Below the pieces are notes generated by a model. The model ran no database searches. It was given only the letters and a program-made list of their open reading frames with translations, and was not told where the DNA came from. Positions 18,934 through 29,174 of a stretch of DNA of 64,000 nucleotides are shown here, one piece after another (the stretch's first letter is position 1; every line of letters begins with the position of its first letter). Position numbers and translations under genes: made by a program. Source of the stretch: Sedimentisphaerales bacterium (lineage in GTDB: Bacteria > Planctomycetota > Phycisphaerae > Sedimentisphaerales > Anaerobacaceae); contig OY970194.1 of assembly GCA_963708075.1 (NCBI GenBank), positions 64,001-128,000 on the forward strand, given 5' to 3'.

Positions 18934-20433
18934 ATGCGAATCGCGATGTTATCCTGGGAATCATTGCACTCCATTGCCGTTGGAGGAGTCGCCGCCCATG
19001 TGACTGAATTGGCGGCTGCGCTGGCCAGGACAGGGCACCAGATCCATGTGTTTACGCGTCGCGCCTTTGGCCAGGCAGCTCACGACTGGACGGATGGGGT
19101 TCATTATCATCGGTGCACGTACCCGCCCCACGATGATTTCGTGGATGACGTCAACAACATGTGCCGGTCTTTTGTGGATCATGTCTTCGAGGTAGAGGAT
19201 ATGGTCGGCCGCTTCGACATTGTCCATGCACACGATTGGCTGACGGCCAACGCGATGATCTGGATCAAGCAGGGCCGCGGACACAAATGTCTGTTTACGA
19301 TCCACTCGACCGAATATGCCCGCTGCGGCAACGCCTTCCCAGCGGGTCGATCCGACCGTATCCGTTACCAGGAGCGGGCGGGGACCTACTGGGCAGATCG
19401 CGTGATCGCCGTCTCACAGGCGACCAAAGACGAGATCACCTGGATGTACGAGGTGCCACCCGGGAAGACGTCGGTGGTGTACAACGGCGTCAGCCCACAA
19501 CGCTTTGATCAACCTACCGACCCCGGCGCAGACAAACGGCACTATCACATCGGCCCCCTGGATCCCACGATCTTGTTCTGTGGTCGGCTATCCTGGCAGA
19601 AGGGCCCCGATATCCTGGTCGAAGCCATTCCTCCAATCCTCCGACGACATCCATCCTCGCGTTTCGTGTTTGCCGGTGATGGGGATATGAGGGATGCGCT
19701 GGAGTCGCGCATTCGCCAATTGGGCGTGGCGCACGCCGTGCGGTTCCTGGGCTATCGCAATGGAGATGAGCTGGTCCGCTTGTACAAGCTGGCGGAAGTG
19801 GTTTGCGTGCCAAGCCGCAATGAGCCATTCGGGATCGTCGTGCTCGAGGCCTGGAGCGCCGGCAAGCCGGTCATCGCAAGTCAGAACGGCGGTCCCGCGG
19901 AGTATGTCCGGCATGAAGTGAATGGGCTGAAGATCTACCCCAGTCCCGAGTCTGTTGCCTGGGGAGTGGGCCGCATGTTCTCCGATCTGGACCGGGCTCG
20001 GTGGATGGGCCGGAATGGACGGAAGGCGGTGCAGGAACGGTTCACCTGGGACACAATCACGGAACAAATGCTGGCCGTATACCAGGGGCTGTGTCCAAGC
20101 CGTGTAATGCTGCCGCACCGAGCGGTTGATAGAGTCCGGGCAGTGCTTGCGGAATCTCCCTGTGAGACATCGTGGGCCGGCGCCGTGGAGGAGAACTCGC
20201 TGGCGGTCATTGGCGTGGAGGGAACACATGGTTCATGCATTTCTGTGCAAGCCAGGCGCCATATCAGGGCCGCAGACCCCGAGGGACAAACTGACGACGC
20301 CTTGACCGCCGTCAAACGCTGTAATCAGCATAGGCGACGATTCCACGTACACCACAAACAGCAGCCGAGCATCGAAATGACGGCAGTTCCACAGGAAGTT
20401 CCGGCGGAGGATCTCGTGCTCGCGGCCCCTTAA
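18934..20433 (+). CDS. Glycosyltransferase family 4
   Basis: MRIAMLSWE...GGVAAHV, DIVHAHDW, GRLSWQKG, EPFGIVVLEA; low-similarity C-terminal extension. Confidence 0.9.
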   Translation: MRIAMLSWESLHSIAVGGVAAHVTELAAALARTGHQIHVFTRRAFGQAAHDWTDGVHYHRCTYPPHDDFVDDVNNMCRSFVDHVFEVEDMVGRFDIVHAHDWLTANAMIWIKQGRGHKCLFTIHSTEYARCGNAFPAGRSDRIRYQERAGTYWADRVIAVSQATKDEITWMYEVPPGKTSVVYNGVSPQRFDQPTDPGADKRHYHIGPLDPTILFCGRLSWQKGPDILVEAIPPILRRHPSSRFVFAGDGDMRDALESRIRQLGVAHAVRFLGYRNGDELVRLYKLAEVVCVPSRNEPFGIVVLEAWSAGKPVIASQNGGPAEYVRHEVNGLKIYPSPESVAWGVGRMFSDLDRARWMGRNGRKAVQERFTWDTITEQMLAVYQGLCPSRVMLPHRAVDRVRAVLAESPCETSWAGAVEENSLAVIGVEGTHGSCISVQARRHIRAADPEGQTDDALTAVKRCNQHRRRFHVHHKQQPSIEMTAVPQEVPAEDLVLAAP

Positions 20434-21137
20434 GGACATACTGATGGCACATGCCTGAGAATCCTGTCATTCTCCCCGTTTTTTACCGGCTTCGACGATC
20501 GGCTGTGGTCGATGGAGTTCGCCCGTAATTGTTGTCTCTCGTGCACGGAAGGCGAGGTCGAAAATGAGTATTCAATTTTGGTCGCAAGGCATTATTCTTG
20601 TGAACTTGCCTTGCAGGGCTCCGATTCGCCTGCCACAACGTCTTCCGGAGTAGCCCTTCCCAGTCCATGCCGTCATCCGCCGCTGTATCGAGGGCCGCTT
20701 TGATTGCCAGGAATAACCGGATGTTCTGTTCGGCCGTATCCAGTCTGTCCCTCTCGCCCGTAGGTAAAATGCTGCGGTAGTTGGGGCGAAATCCCTATTT
20801 GTGCGGGCGGCAGGCTTTGGCAAAGGTGGGGGAATGGTGTTCCAGGACATAAATCTTGTCTTTGCGTTGTTTGGATTCGTGTTTCTGATGCTCCTGTTCA
20901 GGGTGCCATTTGCGGCGGGGACGATCAAGACAGGCGTATTCCGCTTCACCCACTCCATGCAGATTCCACGTCTGCGGACTTTCGTAGACAGGCACGAAGT
21001 CCACAGGCGGAATTCCACGAGTACATAGGAAAAAGCACGGGGCTGTTTATCAGCCTCTCGCCACCGGCAGTCTGGATGGCTGCGGGCTAGGCCGCGAATC
21101 TCTGGGGGGTTCTCAGGGTAGTTGAAGGAGATTTGTC

Positions 21138-21599
21138 ATGTCAACACGTGCGAGCATCTATCGTCATCCCATCCATCCGATGCTCATCGTCTTCCCGCTG
21201 GGTCTGTGGATCTTCTCCGTCATCTGCTACGCGGTCTACCTGCTCAGCAGCGTGCCGGTGTGGCGTACGGTAGCCCTGTACGCGATGGCAGGGGGAATCG
21301 TCGGCGGGGTCATGGCGGCGATCCCCGGCGTGATTGACTTTCTGACGCTTCCCAAGTCAAGGGTGCAGACCATCGCACTGTCGCACATGATCTCGAACGT
21401 TGTTGCCCTGACTATCTTCATCATCACGTTTGCCTTGGCCGCGTTTGGACGCGAGCACAGCGTGGTTCCGTTGATCCTGGCCGCGTTTGGCCTGTTGGCA
21501 GTGGGCACGGGCGGCTGGCTGGGGGGAGCGCTCGTATATGAGCACGGCGTCGGTGTCGAGCACCTGCAGAGGCAGGAGGCCGAGTACCAGCACGTATAG
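21138..21599 (+). CDS. DUF2231 membrane protein
   Basis: HPIHPMLIVFPLGL...GGWLGGALVYEHGVGV; RBS GAAGGAG. Confidence 0.85.
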   Translation: MSTRASIYRHPIHPMLIVFPLGLWIFSVICYAVYLLSSVPVWRTVALYAMAGGIVGGVMAAIPGVIDFLTLPKSRVQTIALSHMISNVVALTIFIITFALAAFGREHSVVPLILAAFGLLAVGTGGWLGGALVYEHGVGVEHLQRQEAEYQHV

Positions 21600-21692
21600 G
21601 ACTAACGCCAACCACATCAGGTGGCAAACAGCAGCATTTGTGCGGCCCATTCCTCCACTTGCTGATCTTCCTCAGCCTTTTGACTCGGATAA

Positions 21693-21737
21693 ATAGGGGA
21701 ACACCTTACTGACCCTGTGCCTGGCGGCCTGTACATT
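21693..21737 (+). promoter_or_regulatory. Regulon box P6 (divergent copy) plus -10
   Basis: ATAGGGGAACACCTTACTG; TACATT at +38; upstream of the DUF1328-CsbD-ElaB block. Confidence 0.5.
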
Positions 21738-21927
21738 GAGCCATGCGGGCGGGTGGGTGTAGACTGCTTTGCCGGCCACCTGCCGCAACGCATCATGAAA
21801 TGGCGAATCTCAATGAGGGGGACGATAACCTGCAGCGACGGGCACATAGCACACCGAACAACGCTACGCAGGACAATACAAAGAGGATAATGAGCAAGCA
21901 TCGTTAGCCATGCTTGGGGAGTGAACC

Positions 21928-22110
21928 ATGGGTCTGTTAGGGTGGGCGTTGGCTTTCCTGATCGTGGCCGGCATTGCGGCGATATTCGGGTTTGGCGGTA
22001 TAGCCTCCGCCGCCGCAGGCATCGCCAAAGTACTGTTTTTCGTCTTCGTAGCCATTTTCGTCGTGTTGCTCGTCCTCGGATTACTTGGCGTCGGCGCAGT
22101 CACTGCATGA
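21928..22110 (+). CDS. DUF1328/UPF0391 small membrane protein
   Basis: [38 protein letters not shown]. Confidence 0.9.
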   Translation: MGLLGWALAFLIVAGIAAIFGFGGIASAAAGIAKVLFFVFVAIFVVLLVLGLLGVGAVTA

Positions 22111-22221
22111 CGGTCTGACGCAGGGGATCCCCCAACGGCTGTTCGCAGGATCACGGATGGTCGGACGGACAAACAAGAACCGGGGACTGCGCCTGGTGGA
22201 ATGGATAGAAGGGAACTCACG

Positions 22222-22398
22222 ATGAGTACGCTGTGCCAGAGAATGATCAGCCTGTTTATGGCGTTAGCGCTGACGGTGAGCACTATGGTCGTCCTGTCCG
22301 GCTGCGAAAGGAAATCAAAACCCGAGCGAGTCGGAGAAAAAGTCGGCGAAGCGGTCGAAGAGGCAGGCGAAGCGGTGGAGGAGGCGGGACGAGGGTAA
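22222..22398 (+). CDS. Small lipoprotein
   Basis: Lipobox LSGC then PERVGEKVGEAVEEAGEAVEEAG repeats. Confidence 0.65.
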   Translation: MSTLCQRMISLFMALALTVSTMVVLSGCERKSKPERVGEKVGEAVEEAGEAVEEAGRG

Positions 22399-22451
22399 TA
22401 CTGCCAACTGTTGTGACAGGCGTTGCACTACTCATGGGAAAGGGTATAGAG

Positions 22452-22649
22452 ATGAACCGGGATATCCTGGCAGGCAAATGGAAGCAATTAAAGGGTTCGG
22501 CAAAGCAGAAATGGGGGAAGTTGACGGATGATGATCTGGATCGCGTCGAGGGCTCGCGGGATGAGCTTATCGGCATGATTCAGGAGCGATACGGCAAGAG
22601 CCGTGAGGAGGCGGAGAGGGAGGTCGATGACTGGCAGATCCGTGTGTGA
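22452..22649 (+). CDS. csbD: CsbD-family general stress protein
   Basis: MNRDILAGKWKQLKGSAKQKWGKLTDDDLDRVEGSRDELIGMIQERYG. Confidence 0.92.
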   Translation: MNRDILAGKWKQLKGSAKQKWGKLTDDDLDRVEGSRDELIGMIQERYGKSREEAEREVDDWQIRV

Positions 22650-22693
22650 CCCCTGGATTTCACTTCGACTTCACAATGGAAAGGAGTGGCTAC

Positions 22694-23047
22694 ATGGCGC
22701 GGACAGACTCTGAAGAAATGACAAGTGCCGATATTGAGAACTTGAAAGCGGATATCCAGAAGCTGCGGGATGATCTTGGGGACATGCTGGGTTCCATCGG
22801 CTCCTATAGTAAAGAGAGACTGGCGGATACCCGGGACAAGTTGATGGCCGCCGTCGAGGACTTGGAGGGAAAGGCCTACGACCGGCTGCACGGAACCGCG
22901 CGTACCGTGCGCGACCGTGGCCATCGGGCCGTCGATGCATCGAGGGGGGCGGTGGAGCAGAAGCCGTTGACGTATGTCGTGACTGCTTTCATTGCCGGGG
23001 CGATTCTTGCGTCCTTCTTCGGATGGAAGAAGTCATCATGCGACTGA
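22694..23047 (+). CDS. ElaB/YqjD/DUF883 family protein
   Basis: DIENLKADIQKLRDDL...VEQKPLTYVVTAFIAGAILA C-terminal anchor. Confidence 0.8.
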   Translation: MARTDSEEMTSADIENLKADIQKLRDDLGDMLGSIGSYSKERLADTRDKLMAAVEDLEGKAYDRLHGTARTVRDRGHRAVDASRGAVEQKPLTYVVTAFIAGAILASFFGWKKSSCD

Positions 23048-23355
23048 TGAGAGACCTGGTGATGACGGTCGGCGACGCCCTGCGGCTATCCAGCGATCTG
23101 ATGCGATACAGGGTGGAGATGCAGAAACGGGTCATCCAGCGTGCCGTAAGTCGCCTGACGATGTACCTGGCAGTCTTCATGGCCAGCATTATTCTGGCGG
23201 GGGTAGGCGTGGGATTCATCCTGTACGGGATCTTCATCCTGCTTGCGGCGGCGATCGCCTCCGGCGCGGCGGCGGGTCTGATCATGGGCTTTGTCCTGCT
23301 GCTGGTGGCGATCTCCACGGCCGTTCTTGGCCGCAACCTTCTGAGCCGGCCCTGA
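23038..23355 (+). CDS. YqjE-like (holin superfamily) two-TM membrane protein
   Basis: Two hydrophobic helices; overlaps the ElaB-like gene, as in yqjD-yqjE arrangements. Confidence 0.55.
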   Translation: MRLMRDLVMTVGDALRLSSDLMRYRVEMQKRVIQRAVSRLTMYLAVFMASIILAGVGVGFILYGIFILLAAAIASGAAAGLIMGFVLLLVAISTAVLGRNLLSRP

Positions 23356-23479
23356 TCGCGGGCACGGACATGGGTCTGCAGGAAGTCCCGCCAGGGTGAA
23401 GACTCGCTCCACCGTGACGGAAAGCAGATGGATGCCGTCGTCGATACGGATTCGAGACAAAACAGAGGGATGGTGTGCT

Positions 23480-23962
23480 ATGGCAGATGCAGAAGGAATC
23501 GTACCAGCGACCGAAGAGCGGGTAGAAGTGAATACGGAAGAGGAGATCAACCGCAGAATCCGCAAGGAGTTGGAAGCGTGCGTGTACTACTATGCACAGT
23601 GGCCGGAGGAGATCGACAACCGACTGGACGAGTTGGACCGTGAGTGGGACATGGAGAGGATGCTGGAGACGAGTGCAGGCATTTTCTCGGTGGCAGGTGT
23701 GACCTTTGGCTCCATGCACCGCAGGTGGTTTGTTCTGCCCGCCCTCGTCGGGGCGTTCCTTCTTCAGCACGCGATCCAGGGCTGGTGCCCGCCGGTATCC
23801 GTCCTGCGCCGGATGGGGGTACGCACGACGCACGAGATCAACCACGAGCGGCTTGCCCTCAAGGCGCTGCGGGGTGACTTCGACAATGTACGTATGGGAG
23901 GCGAGCAGAACCCGCAGGAGCGTGCCCGTCGGGCGATCGAGGCAGCCGATCTGTACCTGTAG
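23480..23962 (+). CDS. DUF2892/YgaP-like membrane protein
   Basis: RLDELDREWDMERMLE...AFLLQHAIQGWCPPVSVLRRMGVRT. Confidence 0.75.
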   Translation: MADAEGIVPATEERVEVNTEEEINRRIRKELEACVYYYAQWPEEIDNRLDELDREWDMERMLETSAGIFSVAGVTFGSMHRRWFVLPALVGAFLLQHAIQGWCPPVSVLRRMGVRTTHEINHERLALKALRGDFDNVRMGGEQNPQERARRAIEAADLYL

Positions 23963-24115
23963 TCCTGCCGGCAGATGTAGTGAGCGGCCGAGAAGACCCC
24001 GGTGTGCTCTCTTGAGCCCTTTATTCCTGCCGCAGGCGGATGTCAGGCCTGTCAGCGAGGCCGGCATCTGTTTCAGATATATTGAGTAGCCTTTTGAGAC
24101 GAACAGAGGTGAACT

Positions 24116-24565
24116 ATGGATATCTTCGAAGTCCTCACGGCGGACCATGAGAAAGTCAGCAAGATACTGGAGCAAATGCAACAGACCTCTAACCGAGCCA
24201 CAGGCCGAAGGGAGAAGCTTCTGCAAAACCTCGCCGCCCACCTCCTGCCGCACATGTATGCCGAGGAGCAGTACTTCTACCAGATCCTGCTCGACGAGAC
24301 CTCGGAGCAGGAGGATTTGTACTCGGCGCTGGAGGAGCACAGGGCGGCCAAGATGGTGCTCTCGGACCTGACCGAGGCGGCGGCGGACGATCCACGCTGG
24401 ATGGCCAGACTGAAGGTCCTCAAGGAAATGATCGAGCACCACGTCGAGGAAGAGGAAAGCACGATCTTTGACATTGCACGCGAGGTGATCGATGAGGATC
24501 GTTCGGACGAAGTCGCCAGGAGATTCAAGGAACTGAAGAAGGAAGCTCCGACGGTGACGGCATAG
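24116..24565 (+). CDS. Hemerythrin HHE-domain protein
   Basis: LTADHEKV, HMYAEEQYFY, EEH, HHVEEEE. Confidence 0.88.
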   Translation: MDIFEVLTADHEKVSKILEQMQQTSNRATGRREKLLQNLAAHLLPHMYAEEQYFYQILLDETSEQEDLYSALEEHRAAKMVLSDLTEAAADDPRWMARLKVLKEMIEHHVEEEESTIFDIAREVIDEDRSDEVARRFKELKKEAPTVTA

Positions 24566-24677
24566 ACAGCCCGTACATGACCGGACAGGTCCTCCATCCC
24601 AACGGCGGCCGGATCGTCAACGGCTGATCCAGAGCCGAGAGAATCACACGCAGACTCCAATATCAGGAGAAAGAACC

Positions 24678-24911
24678 ATGCCTGCCAAGACGAAGAAGGA
24701 ACTGCCCAAAGGGGTCAAAGGCGCTTTGCCTGACAAAGCACAGGAGATTTATCGCAAGGCGTATAACAAGGCCTACGACGAGTACGAGGACACGAGCAAG
24801 CGGCGGGGCAGTGTATCTCGCGAAGAGACTGCCAGCAAAGTGGCCTGGTCGGCCGTCAAAGGAAAATACGAAAAGAGTAATGACGGCAAATGGCATCCGA
24901 AGAAGAAGTAG
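24678..24911 (+). CDS. chaB: ChaB-family protein
   Basis: ELPKGVKGALPDKAQEIYRKAYN...EETASKVAWSAVKGKYEK. Confidence 0.9.
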   Translation: MPAKTKKELPKGVKGALPDKAQEIYRKAYNKAYDEYEDTSKRRGSVSREETASKVAWSAVKGKYEKSNDGKWHPKKK

Positions 24912-25086
24912 GGCCGCTGTAGCCAGTGGAAATGCAGGAACATTTCCTGCCTCGCGTAGGTAAGCGGAGTACCCGCTTTGCGGCTTTTCCCCACGGGGTG
25001 CTCAAGGATGCCTATGTTAGCGTGAGCGTTGCGATAAGCCGGCTGAGATCATTGCTGCGGACGACGCCAGGAGGACGGTTCAGCAA

Positions 25087-25210
25087 ATGACGGAAAGGAT
25101 ACTAATCACGGGGGCGCCGGCTTCGTCGTCTGGAGGAGCTTCCCCTGGCCATGCGGGACATGGAAGATCGCCCTGAGGGGTTTCTGAAAGGCTTGGTATC
25201 TTATGACTGA
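25087..25210 (+). pseudogene. Deletion scar: start of an NAD-dependent epimerase joined to the end of a Zn-dependent dehydrogenase-like gene
   Basis: MTERILITG(G)AGFV (one G missing in a G run) abuts RLEELPLAMRDMEDRPEGFLKGLVSYD*. Confidence 0.6.
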
Positions 25211-26319
25211 CACTGCACCGAGGCAGTCGGCAGGGCAGGCTGCACGATTCACGCCGGGAAAGATGAGGTTCGGATTCGTCGGCGTTGGATGGATTGGACG
25301 AAGCCGTCTCCAGGCCCTTGCGGACAGTGGCTTAGCGGAGGTCGCCGCCATCGTGGATCCGGACCCGGCCAGCATTGAGGCCTGCGAGAAACTCGCTCCG
25401 GAAGCCCAGGTATTCGACAGTCTCGACGAGTTGCTCGCACAGGACCTGGACGCCGTGGTGATTGCCACGCCAAGCGCCTTGCATGCGGAACAGTCCATCG
25501 AGGCATTGAACCGGGGCTTTGCCGTATTCTGCCAAAAACCACTCGGCAGGAACGGCCTTGAGGTAAAGAGGGTGGTCGAAGCAGCGCGGCGGGCCGATCG
25601 ATTGCTGGGCGTTGACCTGTCGTACCGCTGGACCCGGGCGGCATTGGCCATGCGGGACACCGTTCGTTCGGGCCGCATCGGCAGGGTATTCCACGCGGAC
25701 CTGGTGTTCCACAGTGCTTATGGACCCGACAAACCCTGGTTCTATGATCTTCGTCTCGCCGGCGGCGGCTGTGTCATCGATCTTGGCGTTCACCTGGTCG
25801 ATCTTGCCCTGTGGGCGCTCGGTTTTCCGGAGGTGATCGAGAACCAGCAGCCGCCTTTATAATAAAGGCGTGCTGCTGCGGCGAAACAGCGCGGTCGTGG
25901 AGGACTTTGCCACCGCGCAACTGCTGACCGCGGAAAACGCCAGCGTAACCCTGCAATGCTCGTGGAATCTCCACGTCGGCTGTGACGCCGTGATCGCGGC
26001 CAGATTTTATGGGGAACGCGGAGCAGTCACGTTCGAGAATATCAACGGGTCCTTCTACGATTTCCTCGCGCGCCTGTGCACCGGCACGAAAGCCACGAGC
26101 CTGGCGGAGCCGCCTGATTCGTGGCCCGGGCGGGCGGCCGTCGAATGGGCCCGCAGATTGCAGAGCAGCCAACGATTCAACAATGACGCGGAAGAACACA
26201 TTGCTGTTGCACAAATCCTGGATCGCCTCTATGGGCGCGAGATCCAGAAAGGTGGTATCCACAATATCGAAATCATCCAAAGTCACGACGGATCACGACA
26301 CTATTCGCAAGTGGGCTGA
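25203..26319 (+). CDS. Gfo/Idh/MocA oxidoreductase (frameshift near 25850)
   Basis: GFVGVGWIG, IATPSALH, CQKPLG, GGGCVIDLGVHLVD; continues in ORF 25870..26319. Confidence 0.8.
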
Positions 26320-26338
26320 GGCTGGTGTCATCACATGA
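26264..26338 (+). pseudogene. Remnant of a small TTDH(D/E)xIRxWAE-type protein gene
   Basis: RBS AAAGGTGG, ATA in place of ATG, SKSSKVTTDHDTIRKWAEA then immediate termination. Confidence 0.45.
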
Positions 26339-27446
26339 CTGATTCTCTGGACATTGTGGTGCTTGGGCTGACGATCACGTCGTCCTGGGGCAACGGCCAC
26401 GCCACGACGTACCAAGCTCTGCTGCGGGCGTTGTCCCGGCGAGGGCATCAAGTGATCTTTCTGGAACGGGATAAGCCGTGGTACCGGGACCATCGCGACA
26501 TGCCGAGCCCGCCGTTCTGCGATACGATTCTCTATCAGAACCTTGGCCAGCTCAAACGCGAGCATACAAGAGCCATCCGGCGGGCGGATCTCGTGGTGGT
26601 CGGCTCCTATGTGCCCGAGGGGATCGAAGTCGGCCGCTGGGTCTGTTCCAATGCCTCCGCCACGGCGTTCTATGATATCGATACACCGGTGACTCTCCGC
26701 AAGCTGGCGGCGGGAGGCTGCGAGTATCTTGCGCCGAGCTCATACCGTGCTACGATCTCTATTTCTCCTTCACGGGCGGAGGCACGCTCGATCGCCTGGA
26801 GCAGGTGTATGGGTCGCCTCGTGCCCGTGCCTTGTATTGCTCGGTCGATCCGGCCAACTACTACCCCGAGGGTGTGGAATCCGAGTATGACCTTGGCTAC
26901 ATGGGCACGTACATCGCGGATCGCCAACCTGCCTTGCAAGGGCTCCTGGTGGAACCGGCGCAACTATGGCCATCGGGGCGTTTTGTCGTGGCGGGGCCGC
27001 AGTATCCGGGCTCGGTCCGTTGGCCGGCGAATGTGATGAGGATCGAGCATCTCGCCCCGTCGGATCACCGCAGGTTCTATAACAAGCAACGCTTTACGCT
27101 GAATGTCACGCGTGCCGACATGCGCGAGGCCGGGTACTCGCCGAGTGTGCGGCTCTTCGAGGCGGCCGCCTGCGGCACGCCGATCATCACTGATTCCTGG
27201 CCCGGTCTCGACACGATCTTCGATCCTCAGGAGGAAATCCTGGTCAGTCACAGCCCCGGCCAGACGCTTTCGTACCTGCGTGACATGGACGAGCATCACA
27301 GACGTGCCGTAGCTCACAAAGCGAGACAGCGAGTGTTGGGCAATCACACGGCGGATCACCGTGCGGCGGAGTTTGAACAACACGCGTACGGTCTTCTGGG
27401 ATTGTCGAGGAAGACAGTGGAAGTTGGATTCGCCGAGAACCTGTAA
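26335..27446 (+). CDS. CgeB-family glycosyltransferase (frameshift near 26740)
   Basis: SSWGNGHATTY, FYDIDTPVT, TLNVTRADM...GYSPSVRLFEAAACG. Confidence 0.8.
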
Positions 27447-27464
27447 TGTCGAGAGAGTCACCCA

Positions 27465-28541
27465 TCACGTTGGAACGAAACTTGTCGAATCCTCGGACTG
27501 CGGGGCAAAATCGTCGGCGGTCTCCATGACCCTGCTGCTCCCTCGCATTGCCGGGTCCACCGGCGAGGTTTCGCACCTACCCACGGCAAGGCGGTTCTCT
27601 TCGAGCTGCTTGCGGAAGTAGGTGATGGTCGCCCGCAGCCCCGTGTTGAGGTTCGTAGTGGGTTGCCAGCCCAGCAGGGCGTGAGCCCGTGAAATATCAG
27701 GCTGCCGCCGGACGGGATCATCCTGGGGCAACGACTCAAACTGAATATGGGATTGAGAGTGGGTCAACACGAGGACCCGCTTGGCCAGATGCAGCACAGT
27801 CACTTCATGGGGATTGCCAAGGTTCAGCGGCCCCATAATGCCGGGGGGACTTTCCATCAAGGTGACGAGCCCGTCAACCATGTCCTTGGCAAAGCAGAAG
27901 CTCCTCGTCTGATGCCCATCGCCGTAGACGGTCAACGGCTGTTGCTTCAATGCCTGCACGACGAAGTTACTCACGACCCGTCCATCGTCCGGGTCCATTC
28001 GCGGACCGTAGGTGTTGAAGATGCGCGCGATCTTTATCCTGACGCCGTACCGCCTCTGGTAGTCGAAGAACAGAGTCTCCGCGCACCGTTTGCCCTCGTC
28101 ATAGCAGGCCCGCACGCCGTCGGGGTTCACATTGCCCCAGTACGTCTCGCATTGAGGATGCTGTTCCGGATCGCCGTACACTTCGGAGGTGGAGGTCTGG
28201 AGGATTCTGGCCTTGTGGCGGACCGCCAGATCGAGAAGATTGACGGCCCCGTATACGGAAGTCTTCAGCGTCTGGATGGGATCCGCCTGGTAGTGCACCG
28301 GTGACGCCGGGCAGGCCAGGTTGTAGATTTCATCCACTCTCAATTCCAGACGCTCCACAACATCATGTTTCAGGAGTCGAAAATTCCTGTGTACAAGCAG
28401 ATGAGAAATGTTTTTCAGTCTGCCGGTCTGAAAGTTGTCCAGACAGAAGACACGATGACCCTCGGCGAGCAGCCGTTCACACAGGTGGGACCCGAGAAAA
28501 CCGGCCCCGCCGGTGACAAGGATGCGTTTTTCACGTATCAT
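27465..28541 (-). CDS. UDP-glucuronate decarboxylase-like SDR
   Basis: [56 protein letters not shown]. Confidence 0.92.
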   Translation of the reverse strand: MIREKRILVTGGAGFLGSHLCERLLAEGHRVFCLDNFQTGRLKNISHLLVHRNFRLLKHDVVERLELRVDEIYNLACPASPVHYQADPIQTLKTSVYGAVNLLDLAVRHKARILQTSTSEVYGDPEQHPQCETYWGNVNPDGVRACYDEGKRCAETLFFDYQRRYGVRIKIARIFNTYGPRMDPDDGRVVSNFVVQALKQQPLTVYGDGHQTRSFCFAKDMVDGLVTLMESPPGIMGPLNLGNPHEVTVLHLAKRVLVLTHSQSHIQFESLPQDDPVRRQPDISRAHALLGWQPTTNLNTGLRATITYFRKQLEENRLAVGRCETSPVDPAMRGSSRVMETADDFAPQSEDSTSFVPT

Positions 28542-29174
28542 TCCGCACCTTTCCCCTGGTGTTCCTGGAAACTGATCCTGCTCCTTTCGTCCTGCGGCGA
28601 CGGCGCAGGCAGGCTGTCGCCGCGAACGCCTTCAGGACCGACCGATATCGACGTCAGGGCGTCTGGGTGCGCCGCGGCGCGCCGGCTTTCCATCCCACAG
28701 ATGAATCCCTTGACGACAAACGAATAGACGTTTCATGCGCCGGCGCGAGTTGATCAGAGACTTGTGTACATACGTATTGAGGGGCGTGCCATGGTTTGCG
28801 ATGGGAGGAACCGCCGGAAGAAGGCCGCGAATAGAGTGGATCGCCGGCGGCATCCGAATGATCACGTCTTCCTGAGCGATGAATGGCCAATCCCATAATC
28901 ATGATGCTTATTTTGCCGTTTTGTCCGGGTGGCTCAAGGAAGGGAGATGCTTAACCCAGGGTGTCATTTTCCTTACGGGAATGAGAGTGTGGGTGTCCGC
29001 AAGGCGGCAAGCGTCACGGTGCCCCGGGCTGCCATACGAACTCTCCGACGGTCCTCGCCGGATTTGTCCAATTCCAGGTTTCCCATGTGGACGTGCTGTG
29101 GTATCCTGTCACCGTGAAAGTGCTGTCACTGGAGGCTCTTGCGAGCCTGGGGTTCCACGTGGAAAGGAGCTGAG

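Noticed and set aside
20782..20798. TAGGGATTTCGCCCCA (minus strand) as a further regulon box
   Set aside because: One base too long and no -10-like hexamer at +38 on either strand
20512..21028. Short ORFs between the GT4 and DUF2231 genes
   Set aside because: Conflicting frames, weak RBS, no family features; a small membrane peptide from 20835 cannot be excluded
18277..23355. Lysozyme plus holin-family gene as a prophage lysis module
   Set aside because: Not adjacent, no phage structural or integrase genes; the holin-like gene sits in a yqjD-yqjE-type stress arrangement
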